Shown piece by piece: positions 17,664 to 26,503 of a stretch of DNA of 26,613 nt (position 1 is its first letter; every line of letters starts with the position of its first letter). A program made the translations under genes and the position numbers. The stretch is from a virus, in the IMG/VR virus record IMGVR_UViG_3300045988_150395, positions 1 to 26,613 of that record. One strand, 5' to 3'. The notes under the pieces were generated by a model. The model was given only the letters and a program-made list of their open reading frames with translations. It ran no database searches and was not told the DNA's origin.

Positions 17664-17974
17664 TAGAGAATCTCAACCACCTTTCCGTAGATACTGTGTT
17701 TTGTAATCCAACCATTTATATGCCCATGATTATTTGAGATTTGAAATTGATTATTATTTCTAATAGCTGTTATTTTGTGTAAATAAAAATGTCCATTTAC
17801 TTTACAAAATACAATATCATTTTTCTTTAATTCTACGTTATCTGCGGGAATCACTCTTACAGGTTGACCTGACTTCAGAATTGGAGTCATAGATTGACCA
17901 AACCCTGTAACAATACACTCTTCACCCTTTTGGAGATGAATAGCTGTAATTAAATTTTCTTTTCCTTTGTACAT
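17663..17974 (-). CDS. Standalone S24-family (LexA/UmuD-like) peptidase domain protein (103 aa)
   Basis: Ser-Lys dyad context GQSMTPILKSGQ (GDSMxP) and downstream CKVNGHFYLHKI (Lys). No DNA-binding domain present. Confidence 0.5.
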   Translation of the reverse strand: MYKGKENLITAIHLQKGEECIVTGFGQSMTPILKSGQPVRVIPADNVELKKNDIVFCKVNGHFYLHKITAIRNNNQFQISNNHGHINGWITKHSIYGKVVEIL

Positions 17975-18354
17975 TAGTCGTGTTCTCCCAATAAATCATC
18001 TAAAATTTGGCAAAACCGCATAAAGTCTCTTTCCGCGCGCTTATCCGCTCTTTCTTTTGCCGTATATGGATCTTTACCATTTTTCCTAGCTTCAATCGCT
18101 TCAAGCTCAGCCTGTTTATATCTAGCTTCCTTAAAACGAAAAACTAAACTATCATAACCATAACCTTTTGCTCTTTTTTCATCTTTTATCTCAGTCTTTT
18201 TAACTGCTTCCTCTTTTTCCCTTTTTGCATCTTCTTCCTTAGAAATTCTAATTAACTTTGTAAGACATGCAGCTACAATATTCATTGTCATACTTGTCTT
18301 TGATTTTTCTTCTGCTCTACTTTTATATAGTTCTAATTGTTCTGTTCTAACCAT
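17974..18354 (-). CDS. Hypothetical charged coiled-coil protein (126 aa), first gene after the intergenic region
   Basis: RBS aaagagg upstream of ATG 18354. Confidence 0.45.
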   Translation of the reverse strand: MVRTEQLELYKSRAEEKSKTSMTMNIVAACLTKLIRISKEEDAKREKEEAVKKTEIKDEKRAKGYGYDSLVFRFKEARYKQAELEAIEARKNGKDPYTAKERADKRAERDFMRFCQILDDLLGEHD

Positions 18355-18404
18355 ATTTTTTACCTCTTTTATTTTTTATACATTATTATTATACTATATT
18401 ATTA

Positions 18405-18440
18405 TAATAAAATAAAGACAAGCTATGCTTAACTTGCCTT
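18405..18440 (-). terminator. Probable rho-independent terminator (minus strand) between the RecJ-like gene and the downstream gene block
   Basis: On the minus strand, ggcaag...cuuguc hairpin (includes a G-U pair) followed by uuuauuuuauu. Confidence 0.4.
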
Positions 18441-18554
18441 TACTTTTTTTATGGGAAAGATTAAAAATCCAAAAATTGGATTAAAAAATTCTAAATCACT
18501 TTTTTAATTTGGGTTTGCGGTTAGAGCATCTGCCACCGGCACGAGCCTAGACAA

Positions 18555-20348
18555 TTAAAAATAATATTCAGTGCTTCCAACTATTTGATAGTCTTCAATT
18601 AAAATTTGAGGAGTAATTTCTCCACCCCAAGCATTTTTTGCACATTTACCAACCAAATCAATTTTTACACTTCCGTTTTCAGAACGTAAAGCTTCATACT
18701 CTTCTTCAGAAGCTTTAAATTTCATTATGTCAACTCCGCAAGGCAATTTAATTCTAATCGTTGGATTTTTGTCTTTTGATAAAAGCTGAATGTTATCTTT
18801 AGTAACATTTAATCCTTTAATACCAACATATGCTCTATCAAAATCTTGTCCCCACAAATCATTAAATCCAGAAATATCTAAGATTATTTGTTTATCTCGT
18901 GGAGTTAGGTTCCTCTTAAATAAATAATCAACCTTATAAATTGGGTCACTAGGATATTGAGAAAGTAATTTATCTGATTGTTCAATAAATGTATCTATTT
19001 TATTAGCATCAAGTGAACATCCTGCTGCATTTTGATGACCTTGAACCCAATTAACACCATCACATTGCTCAAGTGCTGTCTTAAAATCCATAAGTCCGTT
19101 TTTAGTATATCCTCTCATAGAACCTTCATAAGTACCATGGTCAGTTCTAGTAAGTACCATACAAGGTCTTTGATATTTAGCCATATGTTTATTTGCTACT
19201 AAACCTCTTATGGTTCCTTCTACTTCTTTACTTTCCAGAAGAAAAGTAAGTATTTTATGGTCAAGAAGGTTCTCTGCCTTAATCTTTTTATCAAGAAATA
19301 ACATCGCATTATCTTCTAGGCGAGTTTGTCTATTTTTAATATTTCCTATTACTCGTACAGCTTGCAAGACTAAATCTTCTTGTTTACCAGTCTCTTTTCC
19401 TCTTTTAATTTCTGGAATTTTTTTATGTGCCTTATATTCAAGCATTGAATCAAATATTAAGTACTTTTCATCTAATTCACCAGTTCTTGTTGTAGCATTT
19501 ACAAAAGGAACAATGAAAAATGCTGCCCCAATATCTGTACAAGCTTGAGTTTCATATGCACTAGCATAATCTGTTTTTCCTAATGGAAAACCATTTTTAT
19601 CTAGCATATATTCAATAAAAGGATTATGGATATTATCTTCATTTAAACCTTTCATAATAATATGCTTAGTTTCAAATGAATGCAAACTCATCATATCACC
19701 AATATTAGCTAAAGCTACAAGGTCAATTAGCTGATTTGCATAATCAGTATTTAAAATAGAATCAATATATCTACAGAATTGCCAAGTAACACCAGCTCCG
19801 CAGAATTCCTTATTTGGATAATCAGAAAGCTGATTATTAATTATAATAGCATCATCACTGATTTTGTCAGCCAAATGATGATCTAAGCAAACAACTTCTA
19901 TACCATTATCCTTTAATATCTTATGATATTCATAATCATTACTTCCTGCATCTGGTAATAATACTAATTTATATTCTGATTTTGCAAATTTATCATAACA
20001 ATCTTCTAGTCCATGCTGTTTGCCCGAATGCATAAAATAATCTAAATTATTTTCAACCCAAGTAGGAAAAAAATAATGAAGATAATTAATAAGAATCGCC
20101 GCACTGCAATATCCATCACAATCACAATCTACTACGATTACAGCTTTTTGCTTATTAGCTACTGTTGTAATTATGTAAGATAAAGCTTGATATAAATTAT
20201 TTTCACCTAAAAGAGTAAAATCATTAATATCATCATCTGTTGTATTAAGATAATGATAAAACTCTTCTGGCGGAATTCCTCGATTTAATAAAATCTGTTC
20301 AATAGTAGAATATTGTTCTTGTACACTATTTAATAATTCTAATCTCAT
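18555..20348 (-). CDS. recJ: RecJ-like ssDNA exonuclease (DHH phosphoesterase superfamily)
   Basis: DHH motifs I VIVVDCDCDGYCSAAIL, II LVLLPDAGSND, III VVCLDHHL; 597 aa. Confidence 0.75.
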   Translation of the reverse strand: MRLELLNSVQEQYSTIEQILLNRGIPPEEFYHYLNTTDDDINDFTLLGENNLYQALSYIITTVANKQKAVIVVDCDCDGYCSAAILINYLHYFFPTWVENNLDYFMHSGKQHGLEDCYDKFAKSEYKLVLLPDAGSNDYEYHKILKDNGIEVVCLDHHLADKISDDAIIINNQLSDYPNKEFCGAGVTWQFCRYIDSILNTDYANQLIDLVALANIGDMMSLHSFETKHIIMKGLNEDNIHNPFIEYMLDKNGFPLGKTDYASAYETQACTDIGAAFFIVPFVNATTRTGELDEKYLIFDSMLEYKAHKKIPEIKRGKETGKQEDLVLQAVRVIGNIKNRQTRLEDNAMLFLDKKIKAENLLDHKILTFLLESKEVEGTIRGLVANKHMAKYQRPCMVLTRTDHGTYEGSMRGYTKNGLMDFKTALEQCDGVNWVQGHQNAAGCSLDANKIDTFIEQSDKLLSQYPSDPIYKVDYLFKRNLTPRDKQIILDISGFNDLWGQDFDRAYVGIKGLNVTKDNIQLLSKDKNPTIRIKLPCGVDIMKFKASEEEYEALRSENGSVKIDLVGKCAKNAWGGEITPQILIEDYQIVGSTEYYF

Positions 20349-20376
20349 AAGTTAAATAACTCCTTTCATTTTTCCA

Positions 20377-20676
20377 TCACTCTCCTTTATTAAAATCAAT
20401 TTTATTTACTGAACTGACTTCTTTTCCATATCCAGCTTTTTCATCAAGGGATTTTTTCATTTGATTTAGCATATCTACAAATTCATTAAACTCCCAATAA
20501 TCTTGAAAAGTAAAACTAATCATATTTGCATCGATTATATCTGGCGCATCTTTATGTTCACGAGAAAATTTACATTTAGCCCCATATCTGTCTCCATGAA
20601 TAGGTACTTCTATATTAAAACCCGCATAATCTCTTAATGGATATTTATTAGGGTTAAAAGGCTCATCTACTATCAT
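20377..20676 (-). CDS. Hypothetical protein (99 aa)
   Basis: ATGA-coupled to the primase gene. Confidence 0.45.
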   Translation of the reverse strand: MIVDEPFNPNKYPLRDYAGFNIEVPIHGDRYGAKCKFSREHKDAPDIIDANMISFTFQDYWEFNEFVDMLNQMKKSLDEKAGYGKEVSSVNKIDFNKGE

Positions 20677-21785
20677 AATAAAATCCTTTCTTTAAATAAT
20701 GTAAGAAACTTTTCTTTTCCTTCATCTATTGGAGCATCTTTATACCTAGTTATCATTTCTTTGTCGAAAATAAAAGAAATATTTACATAATTACTATATT
20801 TTGAATGAAGTTTTAAAAGATTCTTTTTAAGATGTTGAAATTCTGCATCTCCTATCTCTTGGAACTGTCTATCAAAAGCTACTATAATTTCTTCTACACC
20901 TGCGCGCAATAGCATTTCTATTTGATAGTTAGAAATATTAGAACCACAGCAAGCTACTGAAATATCATTATCTATACCAAAATAACTTTTATATTTTAAG
21001 CAAGATTTTTCCGATTCAAACACAATTACTTTCCGAATTTTTGAGATATTTTCTTTAATATAATAGTAATTATACAAATTCATTCCAAGAGGATGATTAT
21101 ACATTATCTGATTAATTCTAAGTGGTCTATATTTTCCATATAATTCTGCCTCTTCCTTAACCATTGTTCTTCCACGAATTCCTATAAGTCTACCAGTTTC
21201 ATCAACATGCGGAATTGTAATTTGTGCGCCTCCTGGATAATAACCAATACGCATAAAATCTAATACTTCTTGACTTATATCTTCATCAATCCAAGGCTTT
21301 AAAATTACATCATAATTAAATCTGTCTAAGATTTGTTTATCATATTCTTTAAGAGTAATTATTCCTTGTTTTTTTGGTTCAATACTTTCTATTCTTTCAT
21401 ATCCAGAAAAGATTTTAAAATCTTCACTATTAATTAATTCTTCTTGTTCTTGAACATATTCTCCAGAAAATCCAAAATAAGAAGCAACCCATCGAACTGC
21501 ATCATTTAAGTCAATATCTATATCTTTTTGGATTTTATTAACTTTTCTACATAATTCAAATACGTCAAAAAAAGATTCCGCACATCCAGTATAACAAATA
21601 AATAAACCACTATTTTCATAAAAATAAAGTTTTCTACTTCCTATACCTGGTGGATTATGACATATTGTAGAAGAAATGATGCCGAAGTTTGTATACTCCG
21701 GCTCACCTCCCCATAATTGAAGTAAAGCAAAAATATGTTCAATTTGTAATTGTTCACGTATTTCTACTTTATCATAATTAATCAT
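20673..21785 (-). CDS. dnaG: DnaG-like DNA primase (Zn-binding domain plus TOPRIM-like region)
   Basis: Zn-binding CHNPPGIGSRKLYFYENSGLFICYTGC (CxH...CxxC as in DnaG); TOPRIM-like VIVFESEKS ... IVAFDRQF. Confidence 0.55.
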   Translation of the reverse strand: MINYDKVEIREQLQIEHIFALLQLWGGEPEYTNFGIISSTICHNPPGIGSRKLYFYENSGLFICYTGCAESFFDVFELCRKVNKIQKDIDIDLNDAVRWVASYFGFSGEYVQEQEELINSEDFKIFSGYERIESIEPKKQGIITLKEYDKQILDRFNYDVILKPWIDEDISQEVLDFMRIGYYPGGAQITIPHVDETGRLIGIRGRTMVKEEAELYGKYRPLRINQIMYNHPLGMNLYNYYYIKENISKIRKVIVFESEKSCLKYKSYFGIDNDISVACCGSNISNYQIEMLLRAGVEEIIVAFDRQFQEIGDAEFQHLKKNLLKLHSKYSNYVNISFIFDKEMITRYKDAPIDEGKEKFLTLFKERILL

Positions 21786-21786
21786 A

Positions 21787-22080
21787 TTAAACTATATGTA
21801 CCTTTACACAAGTACCCATAAGACCATGAAACTCATTTACACAGTAGCAAAGGTACTGATATTTAGACATTTTCTTTTCCTGCGGCGTTCCATGTGCTTT
21901 TCTATCAGCCAGGTAATCATTTGCCATAGCTAGTGGCATATTATATTCAAATGGTCTAATCAGCATACCAGAAATAGTTTCAACTTTTCGTTTTGCATCA
22001 GCTTTAGTATTTACCTTTACTTTATCATTTCCATTGTTAGTTCTCTTTGCTTTTCCTTTAAAATTTCTTTTCTCTGCCAT
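21787..22080 (-). CDS. Hypothetical basic protein (97 aa)
   Basis: RBS aaaggaga upstream of ATG 22080. Confidence 0.45.
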   Translation of the reverse strand: MAEKRNFKGKAKRTNNGNDKVKVNTKADAKRKVETISGMLIRPFEYNMPLAMANDYLADRKAHGTPQEKKMSKYQYLCYCVNEFHGLMGTCVKVHIV

Positions 22081-22097
22081 ATTATATATTCTCCTTT

Positions 22098-24731
22098 TTA
22101 TTCAAATGTCATCATTCTACTATCGTCAGTAACGTTAATAGAGACATTATTTATTTCTTTAATATCATAATTATAAGTTGTACAAAACATAGGTTCAATT
22201 CTACAAGTTCCTAAATCTGCTTTACACCATAAGTAAACTCCTTTATATTGTCCTCGTCTATTCTTATATATTGATAATTTGATTGTTGGTGTATCAAAAG
22301 CATTTGTTGCTAAGATACTTTGTAATGCTTCTAAGTCTTTAGGTGTTACGCTAAGTAAGATACTACCATAATCAATTTTATCTGCGATTGATTTTGCACC
22401 ACGAAGTAAATTCTGATCAGGTGTTTCTGAATCCTTATAAGTCCCATTTAGCTGAGTTGCAGACATAATAAAAATACCATACTGATTACATAAATCTTTT
22501 AAACGATTAGATAACATAAAAAGAATATTATCCTCTCGAAGTTTTACACCGCCGGAACGTTTAGTTATCTCTTCAAGAATTTTCAGACTGGTATGTATGT
22601 AGTCATGAAATACGTATAAAACTCCATGGTCACGAATATTTCTCTTTATCGTGTTCTCTATATCCTGTAAATTAAAGTCCGGCAATTCTTCTACATATAA
22701 AGGAGCTTTGGAAAGAATTTCTGCTGCTTTAAGCACCCTATCCTCTTCATCTCCTTCATATTTACCATTTAAGATATGCTCTTCATTTACATTTGAAAGA
22801 AAAGCTAACATCATTGTTTGAATTTCTTCCAATTCCTGCTCAGTCGTAATAAACAGGGTAGGATTACAAATTCCTGTTCCTATCCATCCAAAAGTCTCAT
22901 CATATATATGACTACAAGCTATATAACAAGCATCAGCAATCATAGAACGAGTGTTGTGAGTTACAATGAAATCATTCATTAAGAATAAATGAGAATCATT
23001 ATCTACTGTAAAACAAGTCATAGGAACTTTTTTATCAGTTTTTTCTATGTTTACAATAGCTATATGGTCTTTAAACTCTTGACGTTTATTAGAATTAGCA
23101 TAAGCTATTGCTCTATCTTTTTTTCTTTGTAAATGAAAACATTTAGGTTTAATTTCTTTTTTACACTGAATTTGTATTTTGTAGCATTCTCCAGTAGTAT
23201 ATTTATCTTCTCTTTTATCTATAAGATAATTAGCAATAAAACCTAAGCTTCTACATAAATAAATAAAATCATCTCTTAACTGCGGGCTGACTGTTGTAAA
23301 ACTCATTCTGCCTTTTGTATCTATACCACCATCTGTATCCATAAGTCCTTGGAGTAATTCAAACCTCTGCTCTATACTTCCATGAAGATAAGTTTTCGGA
23401 ATAAATTTATCTTCAGATTTAGCCATAAGAAGTTCTGGACATTCTTTCAAAAATTCCTCTACCCAAATATTGTGCTTTGGATTATTTATATTTTTAAATA
23501 CCCAATTATAATTCATATGAGTATAGCTATGCGGATAAAATTCATTTCCCAATAGCTTAGAAATATAATTAGGAATTTCTTCATCTTCGGAAGAAAAATT
23601 TAAACTCTTATTAGAAGGAATATATCTAAAACTACCATCTCCTAAAAAAGCTCCCATTATATATGGATGTAAATAATATTCTTTTTCAGGAAATTCAACA
23701 GGTTCATTTAATTTGATATGAAATCTATAACCTTTATTTGAAGAATCCTTTAAACCATTTTTTAACTTTAAGGCTCTATTATAAATAGTTTCAATATCTT
23801 CTACACGATAAGCTTTTCCCCTATGAGATTCATATCTATATTCCCATAAATGTTCTCCACAACATTCTGCGACAATACCGTTTGAAAAAGTAACTTTCCA
23901 AATCTCTTTATCTTCTGGTTGAGGATAAATTCTCAAAACTTTAGTTGGTTTACCATCTTGTCCAAATAAATAATCACCAACTTTAATTTCATCCACTCTC
24001 TTATCACCATTAGGAGTAGGAATAATTGTATAATTAGGAATAGCCTTACCAATACCAGTTGCCGCAGACCGCAAATAAAACTTTTTTAATCTCGCGCCAC
24101 GAGTAACTGTATTAATAAGAGGTCCATATAATGGAACACCCACTTCTGGATATTGTTTAAATTTTTCAATTAAATCAAAAACACCTTCGCCTGCTTGTTC
24201 ACTAGCATTTTGAACATCATCAACATATTGCATTCTGATAAGTTCAATTTTATCATTCACTCTACTGGCTATGTCAGTTAAAGAACAATTATCAAGTAAC
24301 TCTTCTTGTTCTTGCTTCTTTTTCATATCTAATATATTATCTGGGTCATATATATCAGATACATCAATTCCAAAATTATCAAATGCTCTTAATAGAGTCA
24401 TTTTTTTAAGTCGATTATAATAATAATCAAAAGCTAAAGGGGAAGCACCATCTGAGGCTTTAATTAACCACTCTTCACCTTTTTGCTGTTTATATAAAGC
24501 TCCACTGGTTGGATGTGTTTCAAAAAAATCAGATACAGTTTTTAAATTTACCTCTTTTGCGCCTTGCTCATGAATTTTATATAAAGCCCCAAAAACTATT
24601 TTATGAAATTCATTAGAAAAATCTTCTTCATTTATTGTATATCTATCTTTTTCATCCAATAAAGATAAATTTTTAAATACATTTCCTATAACTTGAACTA
24701 TAGCCGAAACATCTACATATTTACTTGCCAT
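22098..24731 (-). CDS. dnaB: DnaB-family replicative helicase precursor containing an intein. Start ATG 24731 preferred; the ATG at 24749 is part of the RBS GAGGAGG
   Basis: DnaB N-terminal domain; split P-loop SAATGIGK / TRSMIADA; C-terminal motifs IFIMSATQLN, RGAKSIADKIDYGSIL, IYKNRRGQYKG. 883-aa ORF is too long for DnaB without an insertion. Confidence 0.85.
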   Translation of the reverse strand: MASKYVDVSAIVQVIGNVFKNLSLLDEKDRYTINEEDFSNEFHKIVFGALYKIHEQGAKEVNLKTVSDFFETHPTSGALYKQQKGEEWLIKASDGASPLAFDYYYNRLKKMTLLRAFDNFGIDVSDIYDPDNILDMKKKQEQEELLDNCSLTDIASRVNDKIELIRMQYVDDVQNASEQAGEGVFDLIEKFKQYPEVGVPLYGPLINTVTRGARLKKFYLRSAATGIGKAIPNYTIIPTPNGDKRVDEIKVGDYLFGQDGKPTKVLRIYPQPEDKEIWKVTFSNGIVAECCGEHLWEYRYESHRGKAYRVEDIETIYNRALKLKNGLKDSSNKGYRFHIKLNEPVEFPEKEYYLHPYIMGAFLGDGSFRYIPSNKSLNFSSEDEEIPNYISKLLGNEFYPHSYTHMNYNWVFKNINNPKHNIWVEEFLKECPELLMAKSEDKFIPKTYLHGSIEQRFELLQGLMDTDGGIDTKGRMSFTTVSPQLRDDFIYLCRSLGFIANYLIDKREDKYTTGECYKIQIQCKKEIKPKCFHLQRKKDRAIAYANSNKRQEFKDHIAIVNIEKTDKKVPMTCFTVDNDSHLFLMNDFIVTHNTRSMIADACYIACSHIYDETFGWIGTGICNPTLFITTEQELEEIQTMMLAFLSNVNEEHILNGKYEGDEEDRVLKAAEILSKAPLYVEELPDFNLQDIENTIKRNIRDHGVLYVFHDYIHTSLKILEEITKRSGGVKLREDNILFMLSNRLKDLCNQYGIFIMSATQLNGTYKDSETPDQNLLRGAKSIADKIDYGSILLSVTPKDLEALQSILATNAFDTPTIKLSIYKNRRGQYKGVYLWCKADLGTCRIEPMFCTTYNYDIKEINNVSINVTDDSRMMTFE
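22953..24044 (-). mobile_element. Intein (364 aa) with LAGLIDADG homing endonuclease, inserted in the DnaB P-loop between GK and T. Begins with Ala, ends THN, +1 residue Thr
   Basis: Block A AIPNYTIIPTPNGDKRVDEIKVGDYL; block B CGEHLW; LAGLIDADG motifs YIMGAFLGDGS and LLQGLMDTDGG; block F VPMTCFTVDND; block G FIVTHN followed by T. Extein junction restores GIGK|TRS. Confidence 0.75.
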
Positions 24732-25245
24732 TAATATCAACCTCCTCATCTAAAAAATTAAATTTCTTTTTTGGTTTTTTAATTTTTCTTTGTGGCTGAG
24801 GGATTGTTATATTAATAGTTTTAGGTATATAATTTTCAATATTTACTTCTGAATTTCTCTTATTAACGCTCCACATCTTATAATAATAATTCTTAGCTTC
24901 TTCATATACATATGGAACTATTCCTATTGAACGACTAGCTTCATCTTCAATAGCATTACCCTGTACTTCATAAAAATATATTAATGCTTTATGAATACCA
25001 GAATATGTAAAACCTAATTCAGTTACATATTTTTTAATAAGCAAATTTGTTCTTGCAAAATCATATTTACCATTATATAAAGTATATAAATATTTGTTTA
25101 AATTTGCTTTATCAACTTCTGTTTGATTTATTGGTCCCTCTGGACATTTTTTATGAGCATATCTTCTTGAACTTACTTGGATAAAAGGAACTTTATCCCT
25201 ATCAAATTGTCGCCCACAATTAACACATTTACAAGGATGTGCCAT
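24721..25245 (-). CDS. Hypothetical Zn-ribbon protein (N-terminal CxCxxC..HxxC), possible replication initiation / helicase-loading accessory. Start ATG 25245 preferred over 25260
   Basis: GAGGAAAA RBS inside the longer ORF favours ATG 25245; overlaps the dnaB start. Confidence 0.45.
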   Translation of the reverse strand: MAHPCKCVNCGRQFDRDKVPFIQVSSRRYAHKKCPEGPINQTEVDKANLNKYLYTLYNGKYDFARTNLLIKKYVTELGFTYSGIHKALIYFYEVQGNAIEDEASRSIGIVPYVYEEAKNYYYKMWSVNKRNSEVNIENYIPKTINITIPQPQRKIKKPKKKFNFLDEEVDINGK

Positions 25246-25339
25246 TTCTTTTTTCCTCATTTCAATTTATATATAAATATTAACATATTTTAATAAAAAA
25301 ATCAAGATAAGATAACTTACCTTGATTTTTTATTTGACT

Positions 25340-26299
25340 TTACAGCAAATCTTCTTTAATTTCAGAAACAATTAAATAAATAATCTCTGCTTGCTCTCTC
25401 GTAGCATCAGATACTTTCTTTCCTTTTCCTAGGTATTTATCTACAATTTCTGTAATTTTTTCGCTGTTTTTTGTATCTCTCTGCATCAGCTCTCCAACTA
25501 CAGTCTGAAATTCTGCCATAAGGGCATCAAAATCATAAGTTGGTGCTTCTGTTTTCTCCATTTTCTCTTCTGTCACAAATTTATTATCATGCTCTGCGGC
25601 TTCTTTATCAATAGCTGCATGAATGGTATCAACAAGAGCATTATAATTCATTTCAATACAATCAGGAATATATTTAAAACGACAACCGCACTCAATAAAT
25701 CCTGTTCTATCCCTTAAAACAAGAATAGAATTTTCACTACCATTCTGTTTTGCATATCCATAAATATCAGCCATACCACCAATAATCTCTCTTGTGGAAT
25801 TGGAAAGTGCCGGACGAATATTTGTTACATTACCATTGTCATCTTTTGCTTCCTTATCATGTCCAAGAAAGAAAACTGCATAGCCAAGCTGTGTAAGTCC
25901 TCTAAATACTTCATTAAATTCATCTTTAAACTTAGACCATCCTTTTCCATAACCAAGATCTCCAAGCTCTTCAATTCCATTTTGCTGACAAATATATTTT
26001 TTACATTTATCTGCGGCAACATCAATAGTATCAACTACAACTGCTTTATAAACCTCTTTTACTTCTGGCTTTTTAAGCTCTCTATAAACCTGTTTCATTT
26101 CACCCCAAGTTGTAATATCCTGAGCCATTACACCAGGAAGAGCATTATATCCTGCTTCAAAAGCTAAAAGTAAAGCACCTTCCATCTGAGTTGCTAAAGT
26201 AGTTTTTCCAGTCTTATATCCGCCATAAAGATAAGTTATATACCCACTGAGGTCTTTACTAACTTTATGTGGTTGAATTCCTAATAAATTAATTCCCAT
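25340..26299 (-). CDS. Sak4-like / AAA_24-family RecA-fold ATPase (candidate recombination protein). Start ATG 26299; the track TTG at 26317 is part of the RBS
   Basis: Walker A GGYKTGKTTLA, Walker B VVVDTIDV, family-typical GYGKGW; RBS GAGGGAG. Confidence 0.6.
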   Translation of the reverse strand: MGINLLGIQPHKVSKDLSGYITYLYGGYKTGKTTLATQMEGALLLAFEAGYNALPGVMAQDITTWGEMKQVYRELKKPEVKEVYKAVVVDTIDVAADKCKKYICQQNGIEELGDLGYGKGWSKFKDEFNEVFRGLTQLGYAVFFLGHDKEAKDDNGNVTNIRPALSNSTREIIGGMADIYGYAKQNGSENSILVLRDRTGFIECGCRFKYIPDCIEMNYNALVDTIHAAIDKEAAEHDNKFVTEEKMEKTEAPTYDFDALMAEFQTVVGELMQRDTKNSEKITEIVDKYLGKGKKVSDATREQAEIIYLIVSEIKEDLL

Positions 26300-26429
26300 T
26301 CTTTTTATCTCCCTCAATTATATATGCTACTTTATCTATTAATTTTTTCAATATCAATAAAATTTTTATCGACATAAAAATCTTTCATTATTTTAATATC
26401 TTTTTCTTTTAAAATACCACAGTCATTAA

Positions 26430-26460
26430 CTACATACATATCTTTTAGATATGTATGTAG
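26430..26460. repeat. Perfect 13-bp inverted repeat (ctacatacatatc ... gatatgtatgtag) with 5-nt loop. Candidate terminator of the upstream minus-strand gene and/or an operator
   Basis: Exact palindrome read directly. Lies between the partial gene ending at 26504 and the start of the replication operon. Confidence 0.7.
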
Positions 26461-26503
26461 AATTTTGATTAAACCTTCAACAGTTAAATAACCATTTTAT
26501 TTA

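Noticed and set aside
18505-18554. tRNA gene in the GC-rich intergenic island
   Set aside because: Only ~40 nt of tRNA-like sequence, with no acceptor/T-arm complement and no CCA context. It cannot fold into a cloverleaf, so it is kept as a finding, not called as tRNA.
24732-24749. Longer N-termini from the track for dnaB (24749), Sak4-like (26317, TTG), Zn-ribbon protein (25260) and membrane protein (2370, TTG)
   Set aside because: In each case the extra codons are themselves the GAGGAGG/GAGGGAG Shine-Dalgarno for the next in-frame ATG, so the downstream ATG was chosen.
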